Shown here: positions 44,833-57,712 of the stretch, in pieces
Position numbering within the stretch: position 1 is the stretch's first letter
Layout: every line of letters begins with the position of its first letter
NCBI GenBank assembly: GCA_002189035.1
Contig: NEEC01000013.1
Location: forward strand, 1,116,001-1,180,000
Length of the DNA: 64,000 bases
Origin: Utricularia gibba
Taxonomy: Eukaryota; Plantae; Magnoliophyta
Direction: 5' to 3'
The notes under the pieces: model-generated
Told to the model about the DNA's origin: nothing
Seen by the model: the letters and a program-made list of their open reading frames with translations, nothing else
The model's database searches: none
Position numbers and translations under genes: made by a program

Positions 44833-46648
44833 TCAAGAAGTGACATCAATGGCTGCATCTGCTTTCCCTTCTGCGCCCGAGACTTCAGCTTCACCAGTCT
44901 TTTTCATTTGGGTGCGCGAGAGTCGCGTTTTTCCAGATCCATTTGATGCAGGGGAGCCATTTTGAGCCCTGCTCTTTGAGCCAAGGGGAGAAAGGGCTTG
45001 TCCTGCTCCTCTGGTTGCACCAGTGCTGTGCCTGGACCCAACTACTCTTCCCAGAGGAGATGGCATCTTGGTTGCAGCATCACCGCAGCTCTTCCTGCGA
45101 CTGAAGTTTGGCGACTTCGCACGAGTCACTGGTATCTGCAGACCCCAAACCACAGCAGAGCAAGTAAGGTTCTGCTTTCCCTTGTAGGTGCAGAAGCAGC
45201 TTTTTTTTTTTCATGTGCACCAGGTGAATCCATGACTATGTCATTTCCCATACAAGATGAACTTAAAACTAAAGGATCATTGGAGTGCTTCACCTCCAGA
45301 GCTTGCTTTATCTACATCATTTTATGGATTACCTTCTTCAGCTCAGCTTTTGGGGAGGTCCTTCACGATAGAAACTGGGAACTGGATTTGCCTTGTAGCT
45401 CATGTTCTTTCTCAGCAACTTTAGAGCTGCTTGGTCTTCTTCCTGTTGATTTAGGGAACAAACATGAACATGATCAGGTTTTACGGTATTCCCAGAGAGA
45501 AAGATGTACAAAAAAATTTGCCTAGCCTTGATTCTAGCTTCGTAATCATGCTTCTCCTTCTCCAAGGCTTTGTGTTTCTCCTCAAGCTTAGAGTAAAACT
45601 GGTTATGGAGATGGCATAAGATAAGTATCATAAAATAATAAGAAAAAGGGTAACAAAGAATCTGTTCATCAAGAAGATGTACTTCCTTGCGCCTCTGCAG
45701 ACGATCAGAACAGGTAAACCTTGGGGCAACTGGCACAGTAACTTTGGTAGTGCGTACAGAAGAGGCGCTACTAAATAACTAAGGAACAAACAAACCATTT
45801 TCAAAAGCATAAGAAATGTCAAACAAGTTGGGGACAGCTAAAGAATGAAGAGAACATCAAAAAGAAGAATGCAGAGTTGGGATACGCGGAAAACAAAGAC
45901 CAATTGTCATCTTCATCATAGTGGCTTCTGGTAATAAGATATTGTTGTTTCCTCTCCACAGTGTGCGCGTTTGGCTGGATATAAACCCAGTCAACATAAA
46001 AACCAAAATCAGAAACTTTAAACAACAGAAGCCAATCACTAAATCTGGGATTTGCACATGCAAATCACCAGGAAACATCACAAGAATGAAACCATTATGA
46101 GGACTATTTTTCCTACCAAATTTCTTTCATGTTTGTTACAAGACATGGGCAATCAGACCAGAATTCAGAAAACAAGGGAAAGGCATAAAATTCTGACTTG
46201 CACATGTAAATCAGGAAACATCAAAACAATGAAACCACCATGAGGAATACTTTTTCCTCCTGATGGACCATAACTCTGGCACACAAGGCAAAGATTCGGT
46301 TATTGCGAAAAGAAACACACAAACCACCATTTTTTTATCTGGTTCGGGAGAACGTGCAGGAGAATTCCTGTTAATCATTTGATTGATTGCAGATCCTGAG
46401 GCAATTTTAACAGGCGAGCTCAACTTCAACCCATTCAAGTTCTGCACCTCCGCCTCAATTATTTTTTCCTCTGGCTCATGGCCTACAATATTTCCTTCCA
46501 GAGCTTGTTGCTTCATTTCGGTAGTCATCCCGTTTGCAACGTGATTCAAGTTTTTCTCTGAATTTTCCGGCGAGCCTTGATCACTACCTTGGGTGATGAC
46601 TACATTAGACTCCTGATCAATGCACGACCCAGAAACATCTCGCCCCAT
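44833..46648 (-). CDS. WVD2-like (WDL) TPX2-domain microtubule-associated protein; apparent -1 frameshift at 45352-45355
   Basis: FYSKLEEK (KLEEK) motif, LRKNMSYKANPVPSFY, IPVTRAKSPNF; one extra C restores GPPPKAELKK and the splice into the final exon. Confidence 0.85.
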
Positions 46649-48353
46649 TAGTCTGCAAGGACAATGAGTTTAAAATGTGATAATCAGAACTACGTGAAAA
46701 ACAAGTGACAAATTGAGATGATTAGATCAGCTCAATTCCACTTGATGTGAAAACACAGAATACAGCCACCAGAAAACCAAGTATACGTACCAAGGAGTTT
46801 AAAATGTACCTCAAAATCTTAAAATGACAGCAAACCCCCAGCATTGTTTCAAATCCAGAGCCAACACAGAAAATTCACAGCCCTCACAAGCAAAAACAAG
46901 AACCTCCATGACGAAAACCCTTAAAGAGCGAACCTTTCAAAACCCCAGCCCTCACATTCCCATTCACAAACCGCAAACAAATCAATGCACTAAAAATTCA
47001 GGAAAACCAAACGATGAGCCCATCAGAAAAGCGTCCACTACACCCAGAAATTAAAACAAAAAAACAAAAAAAAAACAGCCGAGCAAGAGACTCAAAGGCC
47101 TCATTCTCGAGTGTAGTACAAGAAAAAAGATACCCCGCTTCCTAATCCTTGTCTCCGATCTAGGCGACAGGGATACCCAAGCAATCTTCACCGCCAAAAG
47201 AGCAATGTAACGAAACGCGTCAGCACACCCGCACTCCCTCACCGGCTCCCTCTCATATGAACGGCATTATCATCCTCGTTCCAGAACGACTCGCCGGGTC
47301 ACTCCAAAAGGTGTGAGGTTTTGCACACCGGAAGTGCCTACTGTTGACGGTGTCTTCTGATTTACACCTGCGAATGCCATTTCATTTATTTTCACATAAT
47401 TCAGACCAATCGCATTAATTGTGTCCCCTTTTGTACAAATAAAATATTAAATAATTAGCTTATATAAATAATATTTACTCTCCAAATTAACTATATTCCC
47501 TATACATTGTTATTCTTATTTTTATTAGTGAAATAAAAAAGTGTAGTTTGATAGCGGTACTCCAAGTTATAATTATTATAATTTTTTTTTGTAAACAATT
47601 TGCTTTAGAATTTATAAAATTGCATATAAACTTTTATGTTTGAATCTTTATTGTATTGTTTTGATAATTATTTAGATATTTGTTGTATATTTAACCAATA
47701 ATGTTTGTAGTATCATTGTATATTTAATTTCTTGTGTTTGATTCATTTTTTAAAAATTTTGAAAACTATTTGAGTTTTCGTTGTACATTTTTTATATCTT
47801 GAGATGATTTTTTATAATTTTGAAATTTTGCGGCTAAATTCTTTATATTGACTAAAATTTAATGTGTTATTATTGAAATATTTTTGAAATAAAAATAAAT
47901 AGTTATAATATATTAATATAAAATAAAATATTTTACTCATTACTTTTCATGCTCATTGTAATAAGTTTTTTTAAAAAAATTATTTTTTCTTTTTTATTTC
48001 AATTATTTTTTTTAAACTGATTTCCTAATTTTTCATTTCTATTATTATGAAAAATTAAAGTTAAAATCTATTATGGGAATGGATCCTATATTTCAGACAT
48101 CAACGCGGGCGCACGCGTGAACTAATTGGTTCGAATTGATGTCCGTAAGTTGAAAAAGGCTTCTGTTTCGGACATCCATCCATTGCTTTCGTCTTCGTCG
48201 TCGTCGTCTTCTTCTTCCGTACACTGATTCCCTGCCCCTGGTCTCTGTATATATAAATGAGGGAGCTGGTTTTCTCGGGAACGCAAGGCCTCGAATATCT
48301 TGTACCATTTTCTATTTGATTTTTAGTGGCCAGGAGCGAGACACGAACTCACA

Positions 48354-49150
48354 ATGACCATGGCGATGAGCCCAACGGCGAACGACACCAACAGCAATCT
48401 CAAGAAGAACAGGATCCAGGTCTCCAACACAAAGAAACCCCTCTTCTTCTACGTCAATCTCGCCAAGGTACAAAGAAACCAAAACAAAAAAGAAAACTGC
48501 ATTTTTCTGTGTGATGGGGGTTGTTTGTTCTGCGCGCAGAGGTACCTGCAGCAGCATGCCGAGATCGAGCTCTCTGCTCTGGGAATGGGTAGAGACGCCT
48601 TCCCCCTGCATGCATCTTTTTCTTCCTGTGGCCACAAAACTGACTATCCGCTGCTGTTGCTACAGCGATCACGACGGTTGTCACCATAGCTGAGATCTTG
48701 AAGAACAATGGGTTCGTCAAGGAAAAGAGTACGGTAATCGCATCACTCGTTCTCCCCATCAACGATCGATCAATCAATCGTTGAAGCGGAGAACAGTCTC
48801 GTGGTTATGATACCCCTTCTTCCCTCCCTCTAATGACTCTGATACGAGACGCAGGTATTTCAACGTCCACGGTCGGGATGAAGGATCAGACAAAGGGGCG
48901 CACTGTTCAGAAGGCTCGGGTGAGTTCACTTGCACCATAAACAAAACAGCATTCCCATTTCCCAACTTGTATTGACAAAATGGAGGGTCTGAGTGACTGC
49001 CTTTAGATCGAGATCGTTCTGGAGAAGTCGGAGAAGTTCGAGACCCTGATGAGCAACGTGCAGCAGAAGGCTTCCAACAATCCCAAAGCTGCTCCTGCTG
49101 CTGCTGCTGCTCCGGCTGCGAATGGGAATCCAGAAGAGGAGAGCAAATAG
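48354..49150 (+). CDS. Small Alba DNA/RNA-binding protein, 5 exons
   Basis: KKNRIQVSNTKKPLFFYVNLAKRYLQQHAEIELSALGMAITTVVTIAEILKNNG...IEIVLEKSEKF; all introns GT-AG and in frame; TAG 49148-49150. Confidence 0.95.
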
Positions 49151-50580
49151 ATGATGGGTCGCTCCGGAGGGACTGGGAACACACAATAATGAGCCATAGC
49201 CATGATCTACACGTTCGTTAATCACCAGTGTGATGCTGCTCCCCGTTGATGGTGAAGCAAAGCACCACCTTGTGACCTTCATGTCTTGTATCACCGTCAC
49301 TTTACCAGAACAGCAGCTTCATTCAACGGCTCTATGAACTAGACCAAATTCCAAACATCCGCACTCCATATTCTGCTCCTTTTCAATTCACTTGGTTACA
49401 GCGACCCATCAGAATGAATAACAAGGAGATCTCTTTCACGCAGTTTCGTACACACCATTTTATTATTTACAGCAGCGTAATGATTCATCACTTTCATTGT
49501 CTTCATCGTCGTTTCCAATTCCAGACTCAGTTCAGTGCACGGCAGGATCGATCAGTAGCATGCGCGTCTTCGCGGGTTCCGAATAACCTAACATTGAATT
49601 AAATTTTGTTTGTTTTAGATATTCAATTTTGGCTTCAGGTTATTTTAATTTTAAAAATTATTATAATTATGTCTGATATCGATTATAAATGGAATAATTA
49701 TGCAAATTTTATAATTCTAAACTTAAATACATTTTTAAATTTTTTATTTAAAAATGAAGAAAACGTAAAATTATGATAATTAGTTATGAATAATATAGTA
49801 TAAAGTAAATATAAGTGAATAAATTATGAATATTGATATTTGATATAAATTAAAATATTTATTTCATCAAGTATAAATTATCAATGAAGTGGGCAAGAGA
49901 AAATTCAAAAAAGAAAAAAAAAGAGATAAATCCACAAACATGAAGCGTGCGTTAGAGATACAATATTTAGATAATGTTTGATAGTGTAGTATATAAAATT
50001 TATACTCAATTTTACACATACACTGTTATTTGATTAATTAATATATATGACATACATGTATAATTATACTGCTGATATGTTCAATTTTTAAATATGTGAG
50101 TGATATAAATAAATAAATAAGATAACTAATTTTATTTACATTAGAATATCTGTTTTTCATTTATACCCCTTCAAAATTATTCCTATCTCTATTCTAGATT
50201 GTTATAGCTCAAATTTCTATTATCCAATATCAAATATAAAATTTATTATATATTTTACAATTGATTATATGCATATACACACTAAATAAATTAATATCAA
50301 ATTAATACTCACAAGCACATAAATTCAGATGCGTGCGACGCGCCAGGTGTGGGACACGCGTCACCTCTCAAATTGTCTTAGGTTTCGAATAGTACTACTG
50401 TTTTTTATTATCCAATAAATAGATTAATTAATACCTTTTTTATTGGATTTTTTTTTCTATTTTGCTTTTGTGGAGATAGGGAGGCAGTTAGTTGGTTGCC
50501 TGTTGATTCGGGTGTGGCTAACAGTTTTCGGTTACCCTTTTATCATCCCTGACGACGGCTTCTCTGCAACAGTTCCGACA

Positions 50581-51425
50581 ATGGATTCCGATGGGATGGT
50601 GCCCGGCCCGTCGTTGCCGCGCTCGGAATCCAACCGCACGCTCTTCGACATCATCCGTGAGGAACGCGGCGGATCGAAAGAGAGCAAGAAGACCTGGAAG
50701 AGCTTCAAGAGCAAGCTCCACCGTAAGAGCAGCGGAGGACGCGGCTCCACGTGGACATCCACCGTATCAGTTCCGACCTCCGACATTCCTCTCAATAGCA
50801 ACAGTACCAATCGAAGCATGACACGCCAACCATCCACTCTAACCGGATCCGATCCAACGGATCAGCCCGACATCCACGCCGTGCCGGAGGCCGCACCCAG
50901 TTTAGCCCGAAGGCCGACCCTTGCAAGGGAGAGCCGTAGCGGCAGGTTCGATCTTCAACTAGGTATAATGAATTGAGTACTTTTACATTCCTTGCATTCC
51001 GAGCGAATCATCTTAATTTGATTAAACAGGAACGAACCCGTCGAGGCGATTCGAGAGGGAAACCGATTTTGACGACGACGAAGACGATGAAGATGTGGAC
51101 GGAGCCACGGGCGAGGAGGGAGGAGAAGGCGGCGGGGAAACGGAGGAACGGCCGGTGAGAATGTCGCTGATGTCTCTGTTAGCTGAGACGGACGACGAGG
51201 GAATGTTTCCGTACGGGATGGACGAGGAGGAAGAAGAGGAGGAAGAGGAGGAGGAGCAGGGCGGGAGTACTACAATTGCTGCGTTTGTATGGTCAGGCAC
51301 AAGGGCACGGCGTTCGTGCCGTGTGGCCACTCTTTCTGCCGATTGTGCTCCCGGGAGCTCTGCGTGCAAGGAGGAAACTGCCCCTCTGCAAAAATTACAT
51401 CTTGGAAATTCTTGACATCTTCTGA
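50581..51425 (+). CDS. C3HC4 RING finger protein with acidic linker; intron 50963-51029; two apparent -1 frameshifts
   Basis: RMSLMSLL motif and poly-Glu; RING CCVCMVRHKGTAFVPCGHSFCRLC...NCPLC...ILEILDIF* is recovered after restoring one G at 51263-51265 and one C at 51381-51384. Confidence 0.85.
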
Positions 51426-51643
51426 TAACCAAATTCGGCATTCTTCTTCCTTCTACTCAATAAATGTGTCTAATTATCTTCATCTTGAACTAAAAGTCAG
51501 AAAATGTAACTGATCGGTTGTCTGAGAGTTTAAAAGAAGGTGGAAGGAGCTGGTTCAGAACCATTTGAAAACAGACAGTCAAGGAACAACCTTGTCTGTC
51601 TTTACCCCTCCCCTAATGCATCTAACAGAAAAAACTACATTTT

Positions 51644-52159
51644 TCATTTGAACAGTGATCCAGGAGCGGGAATAGGGAGGCCTGGAATTTGTAAATACTC
51701 TCCGCCGACAAAGCTTCCGGCATCACCAATGGGACCCGCCGCCGAAGAGAAACCGTATAACGGCCAAGCGGCCCTCCCCAGTCCGAAATTCACGTCATCT
51801 AGAGTGAACCCAAGCGCTAGCACTCCGGCTCCATACGGATTAACATTGCTGCTATTTATTAACGAGGTGAAGCTCCCTACAGGCTTACCGCGGAGGTCGT
51901 CGTAGGAGGGGACGGTGCGAGAGCGTTTGGTGCTCTTACGGCTTCCACCGCCGACGGGGATGTCGCGGAGAGTGCCGCCGTGGGTCCAGTACCGACGGCA
52001 CGACTTGCAGAAGTGACGTGGCTGGGAGAAGTTGTAGTTGTTGTAGTAGCAGAATTTGGTGTTGGTTGAGCTGCAACGCGGACAGGGAAGATGCTCCGCT
52101 TGCGGCTGAGGCGCCGCCGCCTTCCCCTCTCCGGTGGTTGATGCACTCTCAGTTCCCAT
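51644..52159 (-). CDS. Dof zinc-finger transcription factor (short, intronless)
   Basis: [47 protein letters not shown]. Confidence 0.96.
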   Translation of the reverse strand: MGTESASTTGEGKAAAPQPQAEHLPCPRCSSTNTKFCYYNNYNFSQPRHFCKSCRRYWTHGGTLRDIPVGGGSRKSTKRSRTVPSYDDLRGKPVGSFTSLINSSNVNPYGAGVLALGFTLDDVNFGLGRAAWPLYGFSSAAGPIGDAGSFVGGEYLQIPGLPIPAPGSLFK

Positions 52160-53033
52160 ATCTCCAATGAACTCCAACTTTCAATGCTCATTTGCAGCGT
52201 GGCAATGCACATATTTATAGTGGAAACCCGAAACTCAATTCTACTGTACAAAATGATAAAACAAATAAAACCGTATAAAAACCTTTTCATACACTTGTTA
52301 AAATCGGTGTGCAGCTTCAGCACTGCGTGTCTCTCTGTTTTGTTCTCCTGCGGTCGGTCGCCTCTGTGGGCAGCAAGCACGCAGTCCTCATCGAAAAACT
52401 GAGCTCCTCTCGTGCCTGCGGCTGATCCCAAGCCTGTCTTCCAGAGTTTTGTTTGGTATCTCGTGAGACTTCAGACTACTTTTATTTACGACATCCACTC
52501 TCTTGCAGGAGACCTGGACTGTTGCGATAGCGTGGCACATTTGGGAAGGTACAGTCAAAAAAATTACTTGGGAACAGTAACACAGATCGCAACTAGTAGA
52601 CTGAACGGCGTGGAAGGATTTGGCGGAGGCAGATGAGAAAACGATTCGTGTGTCGGGTCGGCGGAGCTAAATGTGAAGCTAGACACTGCGGCACGCGGCG
52701 GAGGAGTCAGAGCAACACATTCTCGACCCGGGGTGTCCCGAAGATTCTCACAGCTGGTGCAGTGCAGCTGCGGTCGTTTTCCCATTTCAGCCGCGTGCAG
52801 GTTTCGCCGGCAAGCTGATGTAATCCATATGCAGAGAGGTTCTCTGCGGCGTCGTCTCGTCCTTTTGTCCAGTTCTCCTACCAGGAACATTTTGACTGCT
52901 CCAGGGCCTCCATTTCTCATATTTATTTTATTTATCGGAAATTAATAATTGTGAATTTAATTGTTGGAATTTACTTCATGTTGGGCCTGATTTCAGTATG
53001 ACCGGAAAATATTCAAGAGATTTGCAGTACAGT

Positions 53034-54469
53034 TCAGAGATCGAGAAGCCGGCGGAGGTTGATCGGAGAAACGTACGTGGTGTTTCCAGTCATCAATTGC
53101 TTGGCGATTATGAGGTTAGAAGCCTCGCTTGGATGGTACGCATCCCAAAACACGTGGCTTCCACGGTCCCTGCACAGGCTCGACGTCGGTCCGCAGGGGA
53201 TTATCGCGGCGAGTTGCTCTCCGCCGTTGCTGCAGCAAGCGTTGCTAGCCGTAGTGAATCCTGAAACAATCGTTTTTTTGGTAAATGAGAGTTTGAACTC
53301 GGATGTAGGGCTTTTTTTTTTTACCGTATTGGGCGTAATTGGTGATGATTTCCATGACTAGGGCGTTTACGTCGGCGTAAACGAATGTCGCGTTGGCGAA
53401 ATTGCTGTTCACTTCCTTGAGAAGATCCTTGAGTTTTGAATTGTATTGGAGAGCCAGCTGATTGGGCAGGGCGGCACATTCGTTAGCGCCAAGTTGATTG
53501 ATGATTTTCTGGTATGGTATGCAGCCGATTGGGCCTACATTTCCGATCACAAACTTCCGTGCACCCAGCATGTAAAGCCTCTGCAATGTTGTACCAGAAG
53601 ATCAAGTTCCCAACATGTTCTGGGCGATGAGCATTATCAGAAATGATACCGTGAGTTGGTTTCTTAAATGTGAGATCATGTCGTTGATGAAGGCGTCCGG
53701 CGTTTGCCGGATTCTGGTGCCGATGGAGACTACAGGGAGGAGGTAGTTGTTTAGGAAGTCGTTGGAGCCAATGACGACGGAGAAGATTGATCTTTTGTTT
53801 ATGTATTCCTTGGCCTTCGCCTCACCTAGCAGGCCATCTATCTGCTTTCTGGTGATGTTGAAGTAATCAACTTGAATGTCCAAGGAGAGCCTGTTAACCT
53901 GCATCCGTAGTGAAAACCTCAACTGGTCATGCCCATCACTTTAAACTTGGTTTGAAGACATAGAGATGGATAAGAGCCATGGCAGAGGGAAGTGTAGCTA
54001 AGCTTACGAATATTGCGCCGGAGGAATTGAGGATTCCGCCTCCACCGGAGGCATAATTGACGCCATATAGCAATGCTTTTCCGGTGGTATTGGGAGCAAG
54101 GAATGGCGAGGCATAGTGCTGCTGCTTCATTTCTTCCCCTGAACACATACTCCATTGCATGTAAACTTCAACTTAGTTATGACTAGTAGGGGAGAGTAAT
54201 TCTTGATTCTGACCGAGGATATCCGCGATGGTTCTTCCGTTGGTGAATCTTCCGGTCGGATTTCCACCGGAGGGCTTGAAGTCAATCCCATTAGGAGGGG
54301 CATCAGCCTTGGACAAACTCTGCAGATAGTTATTGTTCCCAGCGTCAACCAGAGAATCCCCAAAGATGAACGACGCTCCTCCCGACGGTGAGCCTGCATC
54401 CTCTTGACAGAACCCAGATGCTAAGCTCAAGCCTAGAATCAGGACCGCAGCATGAGCGGAGAACTTCAT
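53034..54469 (-). CDS. GDSL esterase/lipase, 5 exons
   Basis: Signal peptide, FIFGDSLVDAGNNN, GRFTNG, GVNYASGGGG, IGSNDF, WDAYHPSE (catalytic DxxH intact); TGA 53034-53036. Confidence 0.95.
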
Positions 54470-54948
54470 GTTCCGAAATGCTGCAAGGTCCAGCAAATTG
54501 CAGACAAGGATGATGATAAGAAGACGAGTGCAGGCAATGTTTTCGTAGCTGAGAAATCTCCGCCGGATTTGTGTTATGGTTCAACGACCTTTGCTGGTGA
54601 GAAGACATCTGTGATGGGGTTAGGAACTTAGGCCATCGCCGTTGAAAAATTCTAATACTTTTTGCTTTAGCTGATGGATGATCATTATTATAATTTTATT
54701 GTAGGCAACGGTCGTCTGTTGGGGTTCCGCGGGAAACACTGAAAATGGCGCTGAGTTTCTGTGATCCAGAGCATTGATGGCTTCCCACCAGCATCAACTG
54801 TGCATCTTAATTTCCCGATTTAATGCCCTCTTGCAGGGTCAACGTCTACCGTGTTTTTGTTCTTTCTATTCTCCCTTCTCCTCCCTCCTGCATTTGACGA
54901 GAACACCTCCCTATCCGCTAGTCTAGTCCCACCTTCCCACGTTCAATC

Positions 54949-57509
54949 ATGCCTTCACTCATCTTCTTTCTACTCTTTTTTTGCCTTTCTCCGGCCGCCG
55001 CCAACTTCACATCCGCGGCGGAGTGCCTGCGGGTTTGTGGGGAAACCCGGGTTTCGTACCCTTTTGGGTTCTCGGATGGGTGCGAGATCAGGTTGAATTG
55101 CACCGCCGATGGTGGGGTTAGAATCGGGCAATTCAGGGTTCAGAATGTGACTGGTGAACAGATACTGGTCAGTTTGCCTGCGAAATGCGACCGCCCAGTA
55201 ATGGATTTGGCTTCTCTTTTTGGGGATAACTTTGCGCCTACATGGAGAAACGCCCTACTTTTTGAGAACTGCAGCCAGCAGCTGTTGCACGATTGCTCCA
55301 TTCCCACATTATTGCTCAAGTCGAAGATCGGGGGTAGTGACTGTGTCCACAATGTGAGTTGCTATTCGGTTGGGACCGCAGACGACTTCACTTTGTTCAT
55401 GAACTTTGAAAAAGTGAGAAGAAAAGCGAATTGCAGTGTTCTTGTATCGTCGGTTATGGTGGATGTGGACCTGAGACAAAACGCAACCACCGGAAGCAGA
55501 TCATCCATCGCGCTTGATTTTCAATTTGTGGATCTGGGGTGTGGGTTCGAGGGGCGTGTGATTGCGACCCCAATGCTGACTGTACGCTGGCTCACAATGC
55601 CCCACCTGGATTTCGATGTAACTGCAACGATGGCTTCGTCGGAGATGGCTTCTCCAAGGGACAAGGCTGCCGGAGAGGTTAGATCATCCATATTGCAGCC
55701 ATTGTTCCTTGACATATTCCAGATTGCTCTGTAAACTGTATGTGGATTGGGTTTAGTCCAAATTCTTGACTTTAGGAGTAGGGGTTGAACTCAACCGCAG
55801 AAAAGTTGAAGCTTCAACCGGAGGTTTGTTACACCATCCTCCTTCTCTGCAATGGGACAAACATTAGATCGTAATGAGCTGTAGACTTATTTTGGGATTT
55901 TTGTGCATGTTCTAGCTAGGATATCTGGGGGCTCTAATGTGTTTGTTTGATTTCTTTCAGAAATATTGGGTGATTACTGAAGTTTTCAATCACTACTAGA
56001 CTTCTCTTTGAGATACAGCTAAAAATTTGCTTTTTGGTGAAGTTCTTGCATCAGTACCTGATCATGGCTCTCGAGATCCAAGGCACCCGCTACTCTCTGG
56101 TCGACATTTGGGGAGTAAACTAGACCCCCTTGTTGGTGGTGAGTGCTTCCTTAGCTGGTCTAGGCACACCTTCTTGATGCAATTGGGTGTTCTTGGTGTA
56201 AATCATGCTTGTGTTTCTGCTTTCAGGGATAGTTGTCGGAGCTTTACTGATGGCAGCAACGACAACCATCGCCTACTGCATGAAGAAACGGTCTGCAACT
56301 CTCAAGAGCAGATTGAGTGCAAGGCGATTGATCAGTGAAGCTGCAGGGGAGACCATTGTGCCCTTGTATCTCTACAGAGACATAGAGAGAGCAACAAACA
56401 GCTTTTCCGAGAGTCGTCGAATAGGAACTGGCGCTTATGGAACAGTTTTTGCTGGAAAACTGCTGAATGGTGAATGGCTGGCGATCAAGAGGCTAAAGCA
56501 CCGGGACAAGGACAGCTCTGAGCAAGTGAAGAATGAGATCAAGCTTCTGTCATCTGTTAGCCATCCAAATCTGGTTCGGCTCCTGGGCTGCTGTATCGAG
56601 AATGGGGAACACATTCTTGTCTATGAGTACATGCCGAATGGTACTCTTGCTCAGCATCTACAGAGAGAAAGGGGATCTATTCTTCCATGGACAGCTCGCC
56701 TAACCATTGCTGCAGAAACAGCACATGCCATAGCCTACCTTCACTCCTCAGTGAGCCCTCCTATATACCACAGAGATATCAAGTCCAGCAACATTCTCTT
56801 GGACTACAACTTCAACTCCAAACTAGCTGATTTCGGGCTCTCCAGACATGTAATCACAGATGATTCTCATGTCTCCACAGCTCCTCAGGGGACCCCGGGC
56901 TATGTTGATCCTCAGTACCACCAGAACTACCACCTTTCAGACAAGAGCGATGTTTATAGCTTTGGGGTTGTGCTGGTGGAGATCATAACATCCATGAAAG
57001 CAGTTGATTTCAACAGACCCCATGGGGATGTAATCTTGGCTTCCTTGGCAGTGGAGAGGATTGGGAAAGGGGCCATTGATGAGATCATCGATCCGTTTAT
57101 TGAACCAGACAGGGATGCCTGGACACTGTCGTCGGTTCACAAAGTCGCCGAGCTGGCTTTCCGGTGTCTCTCTTTTCACCGAGACATGCGGCCGGCGATG
57201 AAGGAAGTGGCGGAGGAGCTGGAGCAGATCAAGCTCAGCGGCTGGGTGTCGTTCGAGGATGGTGTGCGGATGACATCATCAAGATTTTCTTCTTGTTCGT
57301 CCCTTCTCCATGAGAGCGATGACGCGTCATTACGCAAATCGTCGAGCAGGAAGGTTGCGACGCACGACAGCCGGAGGTTGGCCGTACCGGCGGTGCTGGC
57401 GGAGGAGAACACGGATTGCTCCCCTATGTCGGTGCAGGACTCCTGGCCGAGCCAAGGCAGCTCCCCTTCAACCACCAGCTTACTAAGTGCTCTGCAATCA
57501 AACAAATGA
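54949..57509 (+). CDS. Wall-associated kinase-like receptor (WAKL14/21-like); apparent -1 frameshift near 55541
   Basis: Signal peptide, GUB_WAK (YPFGFSDGCEIRLNC), EGF-like region (CDCDPNADC...FRCNCNDGFVGDG in the shifted frame), TM, intact kinase (GTGAYGTV, HRDIKSSN, DFG, GTPGYVDPQY). Confidence 0.9.
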
Positions 57510-57606
57510 GCTGTTTGTGGTTAATTTTTTGATATTTATAGCAATAATTATCAATATTTTATTGTTTATTTTAACTATTTATTAATTAAATTATTTGTTC
57601 TGAAAA

Positions 57607-57615
57607 AAACCCTAA
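57607..57615 (+). promoter_or_regulatory. Telo-box upstream of the OZ-like gene
   Basis: AAACCCTAA about 100 bp before ATG 57713. Confidence 0.4.
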
Positions 57616-57712
57616 TCTTTGTTAAAACCCTGTGTGACCTGGAACCGGTGTCTTTTCTCTTCTCATGGCGGGGTTTTAGTTCAGTTTCGGTACATTCTTC
57701 TGCGGCAAGGTC

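Noticed and set aside
57665-57679. ATG at 57665 as the OZ-like start
   Set aside because: It reads MAGF* in frame with the main ORF, so it is at most a tiny uORF unless a base is miscalled.
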